Shown here piece after piece: positions 12,901 through 25,547 of a stretch of 64,000 bases of DNA. A program made the translations under genes and the position numbers. The stretch covers positions 3,720,001-3,784,000 of the forward strand of contig JBHGNT010000022.1 of the NCBI GenBank assembly GCA_043228905.1. The letters are read 5' to 3'. Positions within the stretch are counted from its first letter, which is position 1; each line of letters begins with the position of its first letter. Source of the DNA: Azolla caroliniana (lineage: Eukaryota; Plantae; Polypodiophyta). The notes beneath the pieces were generated by a model. That model searched no databases, was not told the DNA's origin, and worked only from the letters and a program-made list of their open reading frames with translations.

Positions 12901-15900
12901 GTAGGGTACACATCCGTACTAGGCCGAGAGGGGTTCGCATCGTCGTGATATCCCTGCTCTCCATGGCTAGCTGGAACTGGTCATACCCCGAGTATAAGTC
13001 ACCGACCAAATAGATCGACCTCCCAGCGCAGGCCTCCGCGAACTCGTCTATGGTCGGTCTGATTCTTGCATTACGGATGGTCACCCTGTTGACCGGTTTC
13101 AGGTCCTGAATGAAGCTCAGGGTGCCGTTCTTCTTCGGCACTGTAAACCACCGATTCGAATACGGGGCACTCGACGGTTCAAGGATGCCCATCTCCACCT
13201 TTTGCTTCAAAAGCTCCATCAACTTCGGGATGTGAGCTCTCGGCACCGGAATCGGTTTGAGATTCCACGGTACATGCGGTACTATGAAGATCACCATCGG
13301 TTCGACGATCATCGGGTCCACGCACCTGATCTCCTCTGGCGAGAACGCGAAGGCTTTCCCATGCCTTTCGAGCATTCTCCGAAACCTGTTCTCCTCCGCC
13401 GGTAGTAGAAAGCCACCCCCATCGACCTTGAGCTCCCGTAGCGTTATGTCGGTGAACCGGTGCCCTATGCCAGCCGGATTCTGTAAACTTGGGTCCGACG
13501 CGACCCCTTTTATCCGCTCCTTGCTGCCCTCCGGCAAGGGTGCCGCGACCGGCCTCACCTTCCGGTCCACAGTCTTCTACTTTGTACCCACGCGGGCCAT
13601 CCGATCCGACCCGATCCTTTCCCCGAAGTCCGCGATGACTTCGTACATTCCCATCGAACCTACCGGAACGTTCTGGTCTTCTCTAAGGTTTTCACCAATC
13701 ACCTTTCACAACTCGCCCAAGGTGTCGTCAAAAGAGACCGCCTCCACGGCGCCGCTGATCTCTTCGTCGGGGGAGAGGACTCTGCATCCCCTAAGCCACT
13801 CCTCCATTGTCAGAGAACCAAAATTTCCAACCTATGGTATAAGTCTTCTTCCCTACTATACATTTGTGGGGGTTTTCCGGGGTGTCCGGACTATCACGGC
13901 CCCACGCCTTGATACCCCTCTCTAAAAATCCCCTCGAGTTTCGCCACGGAGGGTCTCGTGATTATGCTCATGGTTTGGTTGCACCGTCAGGAACTGGACC
14001 GAGTGACGCCCATCCTAGCTCTTGACTCTTGCATAGGCCGAACCGTTGTCCAACACCTTGGTCTCCATCCGTGCCGCCGTGATGTACGGTTCTCCTAGTA
14101 TAACCGGATGTGAGGACGTCTCTTGCACAAAGAAGTGCTGGTCAATCTCGACATCGCCAATTTTCACCCGTACGTTCGGGCAGGCTCCATGTAGTTCTTC
14201 TGTGGTGCGCGTCACTGCCTGTATTTGCAACTGTGTTTGGTGTTGATCGGCCATTTCCCCTTTTTGTCAAAGTCCATGGACATCAAGTTGATTTCTGAAC
14301 CGTGGTCCACCAACGCCACCACCGGTTCCTGGACATCCCCAACCTTAATAGGGGTCTCCGTGGTCGCTCTGGCCCAGTGCGGCCTCGAATAGTGGCTCTC
14401 CGCCAGCTTGTCTTCTAACGCCATGTCCTCTATGTGCGTCGTTCGCACTTCAACCGGCTTCTCCGGCTCCGGCTCTGTCGAGAGCCTCTTCCTCTTCACC
14501 AAGTCTACGATGGAGTCGTGGAACTCCTTCTTGGCGATCCCGACCACTTCCCTCAACGACAGCTCCACTTTGTTGTCAAGGATACGTTCGTCCAGGACCT
14601 TTCGCAGGTCCGTGGTCCTTTCGATTTCCGTGCTCAACCGGTACCCGGCCTTCTTGGCTTTATCCGATGCGCCGGTCGCACTGGCCTCATTCTGCCTTTG
14701 ACCGAATCGAGTCTCGTACCGTTGCGAGGGCCCGGCCCCTCCGGTTTTACCTACTCGCTTGTCTTCCACCAGAGCCTCTTAGTTCTAGCATGCACCTTCA
14801 ACCAAGCCCGTCTTCTCTTCGACCGGGTCACTCCACCCGGTTACCTCCCGGACCCGTTTTTCCGCGCGGTTCGCTTCTTCTTTCCTTAGCCGTGTGCCGG
14901 CGAGGCCTTCCAGCATTAGCAGCCAGAATCCGGCTTCTTTCGTCTTCCGGGCCTCACCACCTCTGACCCGGATCCCAGTCGACGCCGAGTAGTGGACAGT
15001 CTCGGCGTGGCGAGACACCGCTTCTTCCATCAGTCGTTTCATACCCCCTCGTCCGACATTTCGGTCTAGGGCCCTTCGGGTCTCGCTAGCGTGCACCTGA
15101 CCATTCCATAGGTACACCACATTGGCTCTCATTGCCTCGGCGAAGTCTCCGCAGTCCTTCCAGACGTGGCCAACCGCGTTGCACCACGAACACTAGTTTC
15201 CAGCCAGAGGCCTTCGGTCACGGGCCTGTTCGCCGTTGTCCCTCCGTGCCTGTGCAATATGCAGGTCCTCTAGGGCTGCTCCTCCGGACGAACCTTTGAC
15301 CATGCCGGTCGAAGTTGATCCGGTCTTGAGCCAGTCTCGGGTCTCTTCCCTTCGCACTGGTGGGGTTGGCTCGAGTTTCCTTGCTGCTACAGAGCCTGCC
15401 CCTGTTGATCCTTTATCGACCCACTCTCACCGTTTGTCGAAACGGCCACTGACCCTCTTCACCATGGCCCAGTCAGCCGTCAGCCCGTCATCAGTCTCCA
15501 GCAGGAGACCCACTTGCTCCCGGTCTCTCGCATTCACCGACTTAACGAACACCAGGACGCGACTTGTGTCTAGTACGGTCTGGTCGAGCGCCGAAACACG
15601 CGCGAAGCGTTCTTCAAACTCCCGGAGGAGCAGTGACGCATTTCTCCCCTTTTCGGGGGTCTCTACCCATTTCATGAAGTCCCATTTCATGAAGTCCCAT
15701 TTCGAGTCTAGCTGAAGCGCGTCATCAAGCCCGTATTTTTCGAGGAGCTGACCTTCAAACTCGTCCTAGGTCCGGCTCTTAAAGCGTACCTCGAGCACCT
15801 CCGCATGGATGCCCGACATCGCCACCCGAGGGATTCCGGTTAGTCGCCTTTCTTCCGGAATGTCTCTCATTACCATCTAGGCCCGGTAGGCCTCCAAATA

Positions 15901-16268
15901 GCTCGTTGCATCCTTCCCACCGAACCGGCCTATCGTGCCGACGAACGATTCAATAGCCCTATCGAGGGCGCCTGCGACTTCGCGCGCACTCACTATCCAA
16001 TCCAGAGCCGAAGCCATGGCTTCCGCAAGATCCGATCCCCTCATCTTCGTATTCCTCTACCGCCTATTCACGTCGGGTTCACCAAATATATCGCGTTGTT
16101 ACACGCGTGCGTGGGGAACGAGGCGGGACCACCGGGGTCTTGGACCGAGAAATAGATGAGACACACTTGCACATGCACAGACACGGGAGCACACAGGGAT
16201 CACAGTCCAACAACATAGCAAACGAGACGACTAGAAGTCCGAGTATATGAACACGTATGCATATAAAT

Positions 16269-16300
<32 letters not shown>

Positions 16301-16778
16301 CGAGACAGTTACAACTAACAGGTCGGCAAGGTGAACACCGACGCTTGTTCATGCACACACACAGAAGAGCGAGATGGAGACTCTGCCGGAAGCACACGGG
16401 CGTTCCACGGAGCAGAGTCAGCCTCCCGAAAACCTGCGCAAAAATGGCTATGGAGAGTGGCAGAGGAGAAGGGCTCGGTCCCAATCCGGCAGCACTTCGT
16501 CCTCTCTAATGCGTGATCCCTTTCCCCATTCCTCTCCCTTTCTTTTATAGCCCAAGGAGGGAGGCCGTTATCATCCGTTACATCAGCATTAATTCTCTGT
16601 CCTTTCGGACAGAGATACACCTCGATTCTCTCCCTATTGAATGCGTGCTACCTAAGATTTCACCTCAGCCGACTTGTACCTACCTACTTACCATACAACG
16701 AAAAGTGTGCTCGCGTGTAAGGGCCAGTTTACACACGCTAAACTCGGTTTCCGCTGAGGGACGGTTTTCTTCACGACA
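9737..16778 (-). mobile_element. Ty3/Gypsy element G3 (tRNA-Trp family), full length but degenerate, nested in G2 LTR
   Basis: LTRs 9737-10442 and 16089-16778; TSD ACGT at 9733-9736 and 16779-16782; PBS ATTCACGTCGGGTTCACCA 16066-16084; gag, PR (VDHGSEIN), RT-RH ORF 11867-13570, INT 10498-11805. Confidence 0.95.
16066..16084 (-). promoter_or_regulatory. Primer binding site complementary to tRNA-Trp 3' end
   Basis: Plus strand ATTCACGTCGGGTTCACCA matches the recalled 3' end of plant cytosolic tRNA-Trp(CCA) plus CCA; repeated at 21353-21370 and 59702-59719. Confidence 0.85.
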
Positions 16779-19700
16779 ACGTGTAAGGGCCGGTTTACGC
16801 ACGTTATACGCGGTTTCCGCCTAGGGACGGTTTTCTCCACGACATCCTCCCTCACCTAACCGCGCATCCACCGGTATGCGCCAAAATTAGACTCTTGCCG
16901 GAGAAGACCGGCCCACGCTCACCCTTCGTCCTCCGTATCGGCATCCGCTCCGTGCCGGTTGTTGTCACCATCCAGGTTGTCTGGGTCCGGTTCAGCCTCG
17001 TGCCGCTTTTTGAATGTTTTGATCCTCTTCCCCGCCACCAGAACCGACATCCTTGTCCCGTCGAGCTCCGCGAGATGGTAGGTCCCATTGTCGTTGGCGC
17101 TTGCCACCACATAAGGCCCGAACCACCTTCTTGCAAACTTCCACATTGCCCTGTGCTGGTTGTCGAGGTTGTTGTCGTACACTAGCACCCAATCGCCTTC
17201 CTCGATCTTCTTTGGTCTTAGTCGGTGAGTCCGGTCGAACTGTCGTTTGTTCTTTACCCTTTCCCTCTGCAGCTTCTCCGCGACTCGGTCCACGTCCTCC
17301 GGTCTTCGCTCCAGCTGCCAAATCCATGCCGCTAACAACTCCTCCTAGCTCATCTTGTCTTTCCAGTCCACAGTGGCCCATGAGGTGATTGTCTGCTCCA
17401 TTGGCATGATCGGCTTCTGCCCGTACATTAGCTCTATCGGCATGAACCCGATTACCGAACTGTGCGTAGTTCGGTCCGCCCACAACGCGTAGGGTAAGAG
17501 CCGCGGCCAGTTCCCGACTTGGCCTCCACACGCCCGTACTAACGCTTTGACGATCAGCCCGTGTCCGCGCTCCACCTTCCCATTAGCCTCCGGATTGTAT
17601 GCCGTGGCATACCACTTCTTCGATCAGAAATCGGCACACGACCGCGGTCGTTTTGTTCTGCAATGCTCAGGCTTCCACCTGGTTCGTCAGGTCCTCCTGA
17701 GCCAACACCAGATACCACATCTACCCTACCCCCATCGGCATCGTCACCATATCCACCATCCACTTGAAGTGGATGGTCGGAGGGTAGGTCGGGTGAAGCT
17801 CGTCCCGATATCGGACTATGGAGTGCACCTGACAGCTTTCACAAGTCGTCACGAACTGATGCACGTCCCGGTATAGTCCTGGCCACCAATACTTCCCCTT
17901 TAGCTTCTGGAATGTGGCCCACATCCCCCGGTGTCCGGCCCAGGGACTCTCGTGGTACGCCGTCAGCAATTCTTCTGGATCCTCTTTCTTCGCCAACACT
18001 TAGAGCGGGATGTCATTTCTCTTCTTCGGGTGCTTCCATATGCTCCCGTCCCGTAGGAAGAATCGGTACGCTTTCTTCCGAATCCGGTTGGCCTCTTCCT
18101 TCGTCCACGCCGCGTCCGGTGTCATTGTCTTCAGGAACCCGCCGATCTGGAGCCACTCCCCGTCGTACTTGCTCTTGTCAAATTCGTTAAGCGTCGAAGT
18201 GCTCCCCTTTCTTGTTGTTACGTTAGTTGACCCGAAGAAGTCCTCGCCGACTTCTTCATTATCCGAAACTATGTCGTCCTCGTCGCTGAACCTCCCACTT
18301 GAAAGCATATCGGCCATGGCGTTATCCTTTCCGGAGATGTGCCGTATCTCCGGGTTTAGGTACTTGATGTACGCGATCCACCTGAGCATCGCCAGGTCCG
18401 GAGTCGCACATCCGGAAACCATACCCAGAATTGGTAGGCAGTCCGTCTCGATGATCACTTCCATCCCGATCAGATAGTCCTTATCGGCCATAACTGCCGA
18501 AACGATACCCCATAGCTCACGCTTGATTTGGGCGTGTCCTCGCTTCCGCTCCCTCAATACCTTTGACCCGAACCGGATCGGGAACCATACGCCATCTTCG
18601 TGTTCCTGATTGATCACCCACCCGATCCCGGTCGGGCTCGTGTCCACTGTCACATAAATGGGGACTTCCTTACCGTAAACCACTTTCCGGATAGCCGGTG
18701 CCGCGGCGAGTGCCTCCTTCAGTCTCTGGATCGACTCCGTGTGCTCGTCTCTCCACTCGAATTTACGCCCTTTCTTCAGCAATCCGTAAAGCGGTTCCAC
18801 GACATGCGCGTAGTGCGGAATCGAGATGTGATAGAACGCACATGCCCCAAGGATCCTTCGCACCTCGGTGACTGACCCGCAATCATCTTTCATCGCGGAG
18901 ATGGCTTATACCTTTGTTGGGGACGGCTTTCGGCCGAAAGGCCTGCACAGGTGTCCGACTACAAGGATCTCCGGCTGTCCGAAGGCTGATTTTTCTCCTG
19001 AGAAGGTGAGCCGCGTGCTCTCGAGTCTTTGTAACACCTTCTCGCAGTCGCGGATGTGATCCGTCACGAACCTCCGGCAACCTTCGAGCCTGATCGACTT
19101 GTTCTTGTCCTCCACCAGACTCCCTTTGATCGGGATGTCGTCCAGAAATGGCATGGTGATGTCCGGGATGCAGTCCTTCAACACCTTGTTCATCGCATTC
19201 ACCATGTGCGCCACCGAGTTCGTTCCTCCTTGCGGCAGGGTACACATCCGAACTAGGCCGAGAGGAGACCGCATCGTTGTGACATCCCTGCTCTCTACAG
19301 CTAGTTGGCACTGATTGTACCCTTAGTACAGGTCCCCGACCAAGTAAATCGACCTCCCTATGAAGGCCTCCGTGAACTCATCGATTGTCGGTCTAATACC
19401 TGCGTTTCGAATGGTCACCTTGTTGACCGGTTGCAAGTCCTGTATGAAGCGCAATGTGCCGTTCTTCTTTGGCACGGTAAACCACCGAATCAAATATGGG
19501 GCACTCCATGGTTCGAGGATGCCCATCTCCACCTTCTGTTTCAGCAGCTCCATCAGCTTCGGGATGTGATCTCTGGGTACCAGAATCAGTTTGAGATTCC
19601 ACGACACATGTGGTACCGTGAAGATCACCATTGGTCCCACAACTTTCGGGTCTACGCACCCTATCTCCTCTGGTGAGAATGCAAAAGCCTTCCCGTGCCT

Positions 19701-22700
19701 CCCGAGCATTCTCCGAAACCGGTCCTCTTCCACCGGCAGTAGAAAACCACCCCCACTAATCTTGAGCTCTCATAGTGTTATGTCGGTGAACATGTGTCCC
19801 ATGCTGGCCGGATCTCGTAAACTTGGGTCCGACGCGACCCCCTTTATCCGTAACTCACTGTCCTCCAACAAGGATGCCACGACTGGCCTCACCTTCCGGT
19901 CCATAGTCTTGTACTTCGTATCCACTCGGGCTGTCCGATCCGACTCGAGTCCACTACCGAAGTTGGCGATGACTTCGTACATCTTTTCCGAACATACCGG
20001 AATCGTCCGGTCCTCATTAAGGCCTTCTAAGAACACCTCCCGTAACTTCCCCAAGGTGTCGTCGAAAGAGACTACCTCCACGGCTCCGTTGATTTCCTCT
20101 TTAGGGTTGAGGACCCCCCATGCCCGAATCCGCTATTCCACTCGGTCTACCTCTTCCTTCTTCAACCGTACTCCGGGGAGACCCTCTAGCACCAATGGCC
20201 AAAATCCGGAGTCCTTCATTTTCTAGGCCTCATCACCCCCGACCTGGATTCTCGCCGACACCGAGTAGTTAACGGCCTCTGTATGTCGTGTCGCGGCCTC
20301 TTCCATCAACCGCTTCATTCCGCTGCGCCCCGAATTCAACTCTAGGGCTTTCCGGATCTCGCTCGTGTGCACCCGCCGATTCCAAAGGTAAACCACGTTG
20401 GTGCTGAGTGCCTCTGCGAAATCTGCACATTCTTTCCATATGTGGCCGACCGTGTCACACCACATGCACCACTGCCCCGCCAGCGGCCTTCGATCACGAG
20501 ACTGTTCGCCGTTGTCCCTCCGGGCCTGTGTGATTTGGAGATCTCACACCATCTACGACAGCTCTTCTAGAGCCGCGCCTCCGGAGGGACCTTTGACCAC
20601 TCCGCTCGGGGCTGAGCCCGCCTCAAGCCAACTCCGAGTTTCTTCCTTCCTAGCCAGTACCGACACCGGCTCCTCGAGCTCCCTTGCCGGGACAGGTCTT
20701 GCTGCCGACGAGCCCTCGTCGTTCCACTCGCACCGCTAGTCGAAACGACCGCAGACCCTCCTTACCATGGCCTAGTCTACCGTGAGCCCTTTGTCTGTTT
20801 CCAACAGGAGACCCACCTTCTCCCGGTCCATGGCGTCCACCGCCTTGACGAACAGTAGTACCCGACTTGTGTCGAGCACGGTCTAGTCCAGTGTTGACAG
20901 CTGTGCGAACCGTTTCTCGAACTCCTGGAGTAGCGCCAATGCGTTTCTACCCTTCCCTAGGCTCTCAACCCACGCCATGAAGTCTCGCTTCGACAGTCCT
21001 AGCGATTCATCGAACCCATACATCTCGAGGAGCTGCAGCTCAAACTCCTCCCAAGTCTGGCATTCGGCCAGCACCTCGAGCACCTCTGTGTGGATGCTCG
21101 GCGTCACTACCCAAGGGAATCCGGACAACCGCCTGTCCACCAAGATATCCTTAATGATCATTTCAGCCCAGTAGGCCTCCAAGTAGCTCATGGCATTCTT
21201 CCCACCGAATCGACCTATAGTGCCAACGATCGACTCAATGGCCCTGTCGAGGGCGCCTGTACCTTCACGCGCACTCACTATCCGATCCACAGCCGAAGCC
21301 ATGCCTTCCGCAAGATCCGACCCTCTCATCTTTCTATTCCTCTACTGCCTATTTCACGTCAGGTTCACCAAAAATATGTCGCGTTGTTACGCGCGTGCGT
21401 GGAGAACGAGGCGGGACCACCGGGGCCTCGGACCAAGAAATAACCAAATGATGGGAGGGGAAGGAAACTAACGATGTAATTCACACACGCACAAAACCAC
21501 AGAATCACAGGAATTGCAACTAGCTACAGAACGTGAGATGGAGACAGAACGAATGTTTATGCATATATAAATCAAGGTGTTACAACCGGCAAGCCGGCGA
21601 GTGATGGGCTCCGACGCCTGCACGTGCACACACACACACAGACAGAACGCGAGCCAGGAGCACTCGGGTGTCCCGCGGAGCAAAGTCAACCTCCCGAAAC
21701 CTGCACAGAACGATTATGGAGACAACAAAGGAGAGGAGAAGTGCTCGGTTCCACTCCAGCAGCACTTCGTCCTCCACAAACGCGATATATTTTTTCAATA
21801 CCTCTCCCTCTCTTTTATAGCCCAAGGAGGGAGGCCGTTACCACCCATTACATCATGTTTATTCCCTGTCCTTTCGGACAGGGATACGCCTTGATTTTCT
21901 CCCTACTGAATGCGTGCTACTTAGGATTTCACTTCAGCCGACTTGTACCTATCTACGTACTATACAACAAAACTTGTGCCCACGTGTAAGGGCCGGTTTA
22001 CGCACGTTATACGCGGTTTCCCCCTAGGGACGGTTTTCTCCACGACAACGCGACAAAAGCTCAACCCGAAGTCAGAGAAATGTATCCTCGTGGGGTGCTC
22101 ACTCGAACAGAAGGGGTACAAATGCTACAATCCATCTACCCGAAAAGTTTGAACCAGTCGAGATGTCGTTTTTGACGAGTCCGCATACTGGTACGCACCA
22201 AAGACAACTTTGACTACGACTCCGATATACGCCGAAATTGAGGCAAAAGCCGAAGATCATGTTACGCGCATGTTCGACGAAAGCCCAATTATGACACAAC
22301 TGAGTGGACCGTCATAGCCACCGAGTGATCAAAGCACATCTCGGCCGAGTCCAAAGCTGGACAAAGGGAAGGGGAAAATGCGGGAATACAAAGACCAGTT
22401 CGAATTCGAATCGACTCACTCCCTTGGTATAGTGAGTTCGAAGGCCTTGACATCCAGACAAATAGCATGAAGAAAGCTTTAGAATATGTGAACGAAAAGC
22501 TACGCCGGTCCACCCGAGAGAAGAACCCCGTAAACCGTTATGGCTACAATGAGTACATGGCATATCATTACGCCTTTATGATGAAGGTAGCGACAGTACG
22601 GGAGCCGGAAACGTTTTCTGAAGCCGCAAAGGAGCCCAGATGGGTTGATGCGATGAATGAGGAAATGGAAACATTATGCAAAAACGAGACCGGGGATCTC

Positions 22701-25547
22701 GTTCCTCACCCTTCGAAGAAGAAAGCAATTGGCTACAAGTGGATTTACAAAGTGAAAACACAATGCCGACGGCTCCGTAAATCTCTTTAAAGCACGGCTC
22801 GTTCCGAAAGGATACGCACAAACACACGACGTTGACTACGAAGAGATCTTTGCCCTGGTGGCAAAGATGAAAACTGTGCGGACCGTAATTGCTATCGCAT
22901 AAGCAAAAGGGTGGCACCTCCACCAAATGGACATCAAGAACGCCTTTCATCAAGACGAATTGGAAAAGGAGGTGTCCATGATCCACCCACCCAGATTTGA
23001 ATCGCGCAGTCATCCGAACGTCATGTGCCGACTTAAGAAACCACTTTACAGCCTCAAACAAGCACAACGTGCATGGCACTCAAAGATCACGCAGTAGCTT
23101 CATCAGATCAGATTTCGAATGTCAAAATCTAATACTTCTCTGTACATCCTAAACGAGTCGGATAGTCTGATTCTGATCATCCTTTACGTGGATGATTTGG
23201 TCATTGGAGGAAAAGATCTAGCTGAGATTAACAAGGTCAAATCACTTCTCTCCGGCAGATTCAAAATGAAAGACCTGCACGAGCTACATTACTTCTTAGG
23301 CATTGAAGTAATTCGAACACCAGTTGGAATAATGATATCACAACAGCACTACGTTCTCAACTTACTCTACAATTTCAGAATGACGGAGTACAAACCTATG
23401 TCTACCCCTCTCGATCGTAATTTCAAGATCGATGCTAACTCTGGCATGGCCGAGAGTGAGCTGACTTAGTATCGTCAATTGATCGGTAGCTTAATTTATC
23501 TAACTGTCACGAGACCCGAAATCTTCATCTGGATTGCACTAAGAGGATACTTCGGTATGTCAACACGACGATGGACTACGACATCATGTATAAGTCGAAT
23601 ACGATCATTCGACTTGAAGGGTACACTAACGCAGACTGGGCAGGATACAAAGCAGATAGACGATCCACATCCAGATTCGTCTTCTCTCTTGGTAGCGGAG
23701 CTATCTCCTAGAGCAGTAAGAAGCAACCGACAGTCGCACTGTTGAGCACGGAGGCCGAATACAGTCGCATTGTTGAGCAACCATCGATTTACAACCAGGA
23801 AAAGAGCCAATCTACAATTTGTCACCAACCGAGCTAGAAATCCTTCAAGCCTATATAGAGGAGAATTTGACAAATGGTTTCATTCAACATTTGAAATCTC
23901 CAACCAGCACACCCATTTTCGTCGTCAAGAAAAAGGATGGATCACTTTGTCTCATCATAGATTATCGTGGCTTGAATAAGGTCACCATCAAGAATAGGTA
24001 TGCACTTCCCCTTATCTCAAGTCTTTTAGAACGGATCAATGGTCCAAGGTTCTTCACAAAGATTGACTTACGAGGAGCATATAACCTCGTACGGATCTGA
24101 CCAGGAGATGAATGGAAGACCGCATTTCGCACCAGATATGGGCACTCCGAGTATACGGTCATGCCATTTGACCTCACTAATGTGCCAACAGTCTTCCAGC
24201 ACATGGCAAATGATATATTCCGAGACCTATTGGATGTTTGTTTGATCATCTATTTGGATGATCTACTGGTTTATTTGAAGACCCAAGAAGAGCATGATTC
24301 TCATGTATTGTTAGTACTAAAACGACTTTGAGAACATGGTCTTTATGCAAAGCTAGAAAAATGTAGTTTCGAGTGCCACCAGGTAGAATTTCTGGGCTAT
24401 GTCATTTCCTCGGAAGGCATCTCCATGGATCCAACTAAGGTCAAAATGGTGGTAGAGTGGCAGACTCCGCATTAATTGCGAGATGTGCAATGCTTTTTAG
24501 GCTTTGCCAATTTCTACCGCAACTTTATACTAGATTACTCAAAGCTTGTTCTGCCTCTCACACAGCTTACCAGGAAGGGACAATCGTTCGTTTGGTCTGA
24601 AGAAGCAAACATGGCTTTTCAGAGTCTTAAGAAGGCATTTACATCAGCTCCTACTCTAGCTCATGTTGATTGGGAAAAACCATTCATCATCGAAGCAGAC
24701 ACGTTGGATTTCGCCTTGGGTAGCATTCTGTCACAACAAGGCGATGATGAAAAGCTACATCCTGTGGCTTTCCACTCACGCAAGTTTGACACCGCCGAAA
24801 TCAACGATGAAATTCATGATAAGGACCTATTATCAATAGTGGACTCTTTTACGCAATGGAGGCATTTTCTAGAGGGATCTTCTCATCATGTCACCGTATT
24901 CGGTAATCACAAAAACCTTGCCTACTTTTAGAATGCTTGTGGGTTAAATCAATGTCAAGCTCAATCGGCCCAATTCCTCACTCGTTTCAACTTCAAAATT
25001 ACATATCGTCCAAGGAAGCAACAAGGGAAGGAAGATGCATTATCACGGCGCTCGTATCTAGCACCGTGTTAAGAGTCTATTACTAATCAATAGACCAAAT
25101 CAAGTAAAAAGGAAGAAAATAGATTGGATAGAAGAACCCGTTCCACCCGACCACCCCCGAGCTATGATCTAGACATAGCCAACCTACCATCGACGTCCCA
25201 TACCGCCGGATATTAGGATGACTAATACCTTGGAAGAGATAAACACGATCGTCGAGACGAAAGCCTAGCCCGCACCACCGGTGTCTACGACAGCAGCCTT
25301 CCGACGTGATGATCTCTATGAGGGTAGCTAAGCCTCATATTTATACCTTTTCCTAGGCCCCTTGAATAGATGTGCCTTTCTAAAAGGCTCTCTATTCATT
25401 GGTTGTCTAAATCATGATAGTGCATGCACATATCATTCATTCTATCCAATCATTAGTCCCCTTTTTAATAATAGTGAACATACCCTTCACTAATGTAAAT
25501 ATTAGTGACCTACCCTCATCAACGTTATGTGTACATAACATACTCCC

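Larger units (their letters stand above)
9116..22047 (-). mobile_element. Ty3/Gypsy element G2 (tRNA-Trp family), internally deleted, 3' LTR interrupted by G3
   Basis: 5' LTR 21377-22047; 3' LTR 9116-9736 plus 16783-16844; PBS TTCACGTCAGGTTCACCA 21353-21370; TSD ACGT/ACGC; gag from 21329, RT 18906-20081, RH 18000-18893, INT 16919-17999; protease region missing relative to G3. Confidence 0.93.
6335..23760 (+). mobile_element. Ty1/Copia element C2, degenerate, split by Gypsy G2/G3 at 9116-22047
   Basis: Probable LTR remnant to 6882 with degenerate PBS TTATATCAAAGC; gag MGSALPTEKLD from 6996; WFVDSGAS; integrase 8392-9110; frame resumes IPDDT|RQKL after 22051; RT YVDD at about 23185; RNase H start SKKQPTVA at about 23715. 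Confidence 0.88.
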
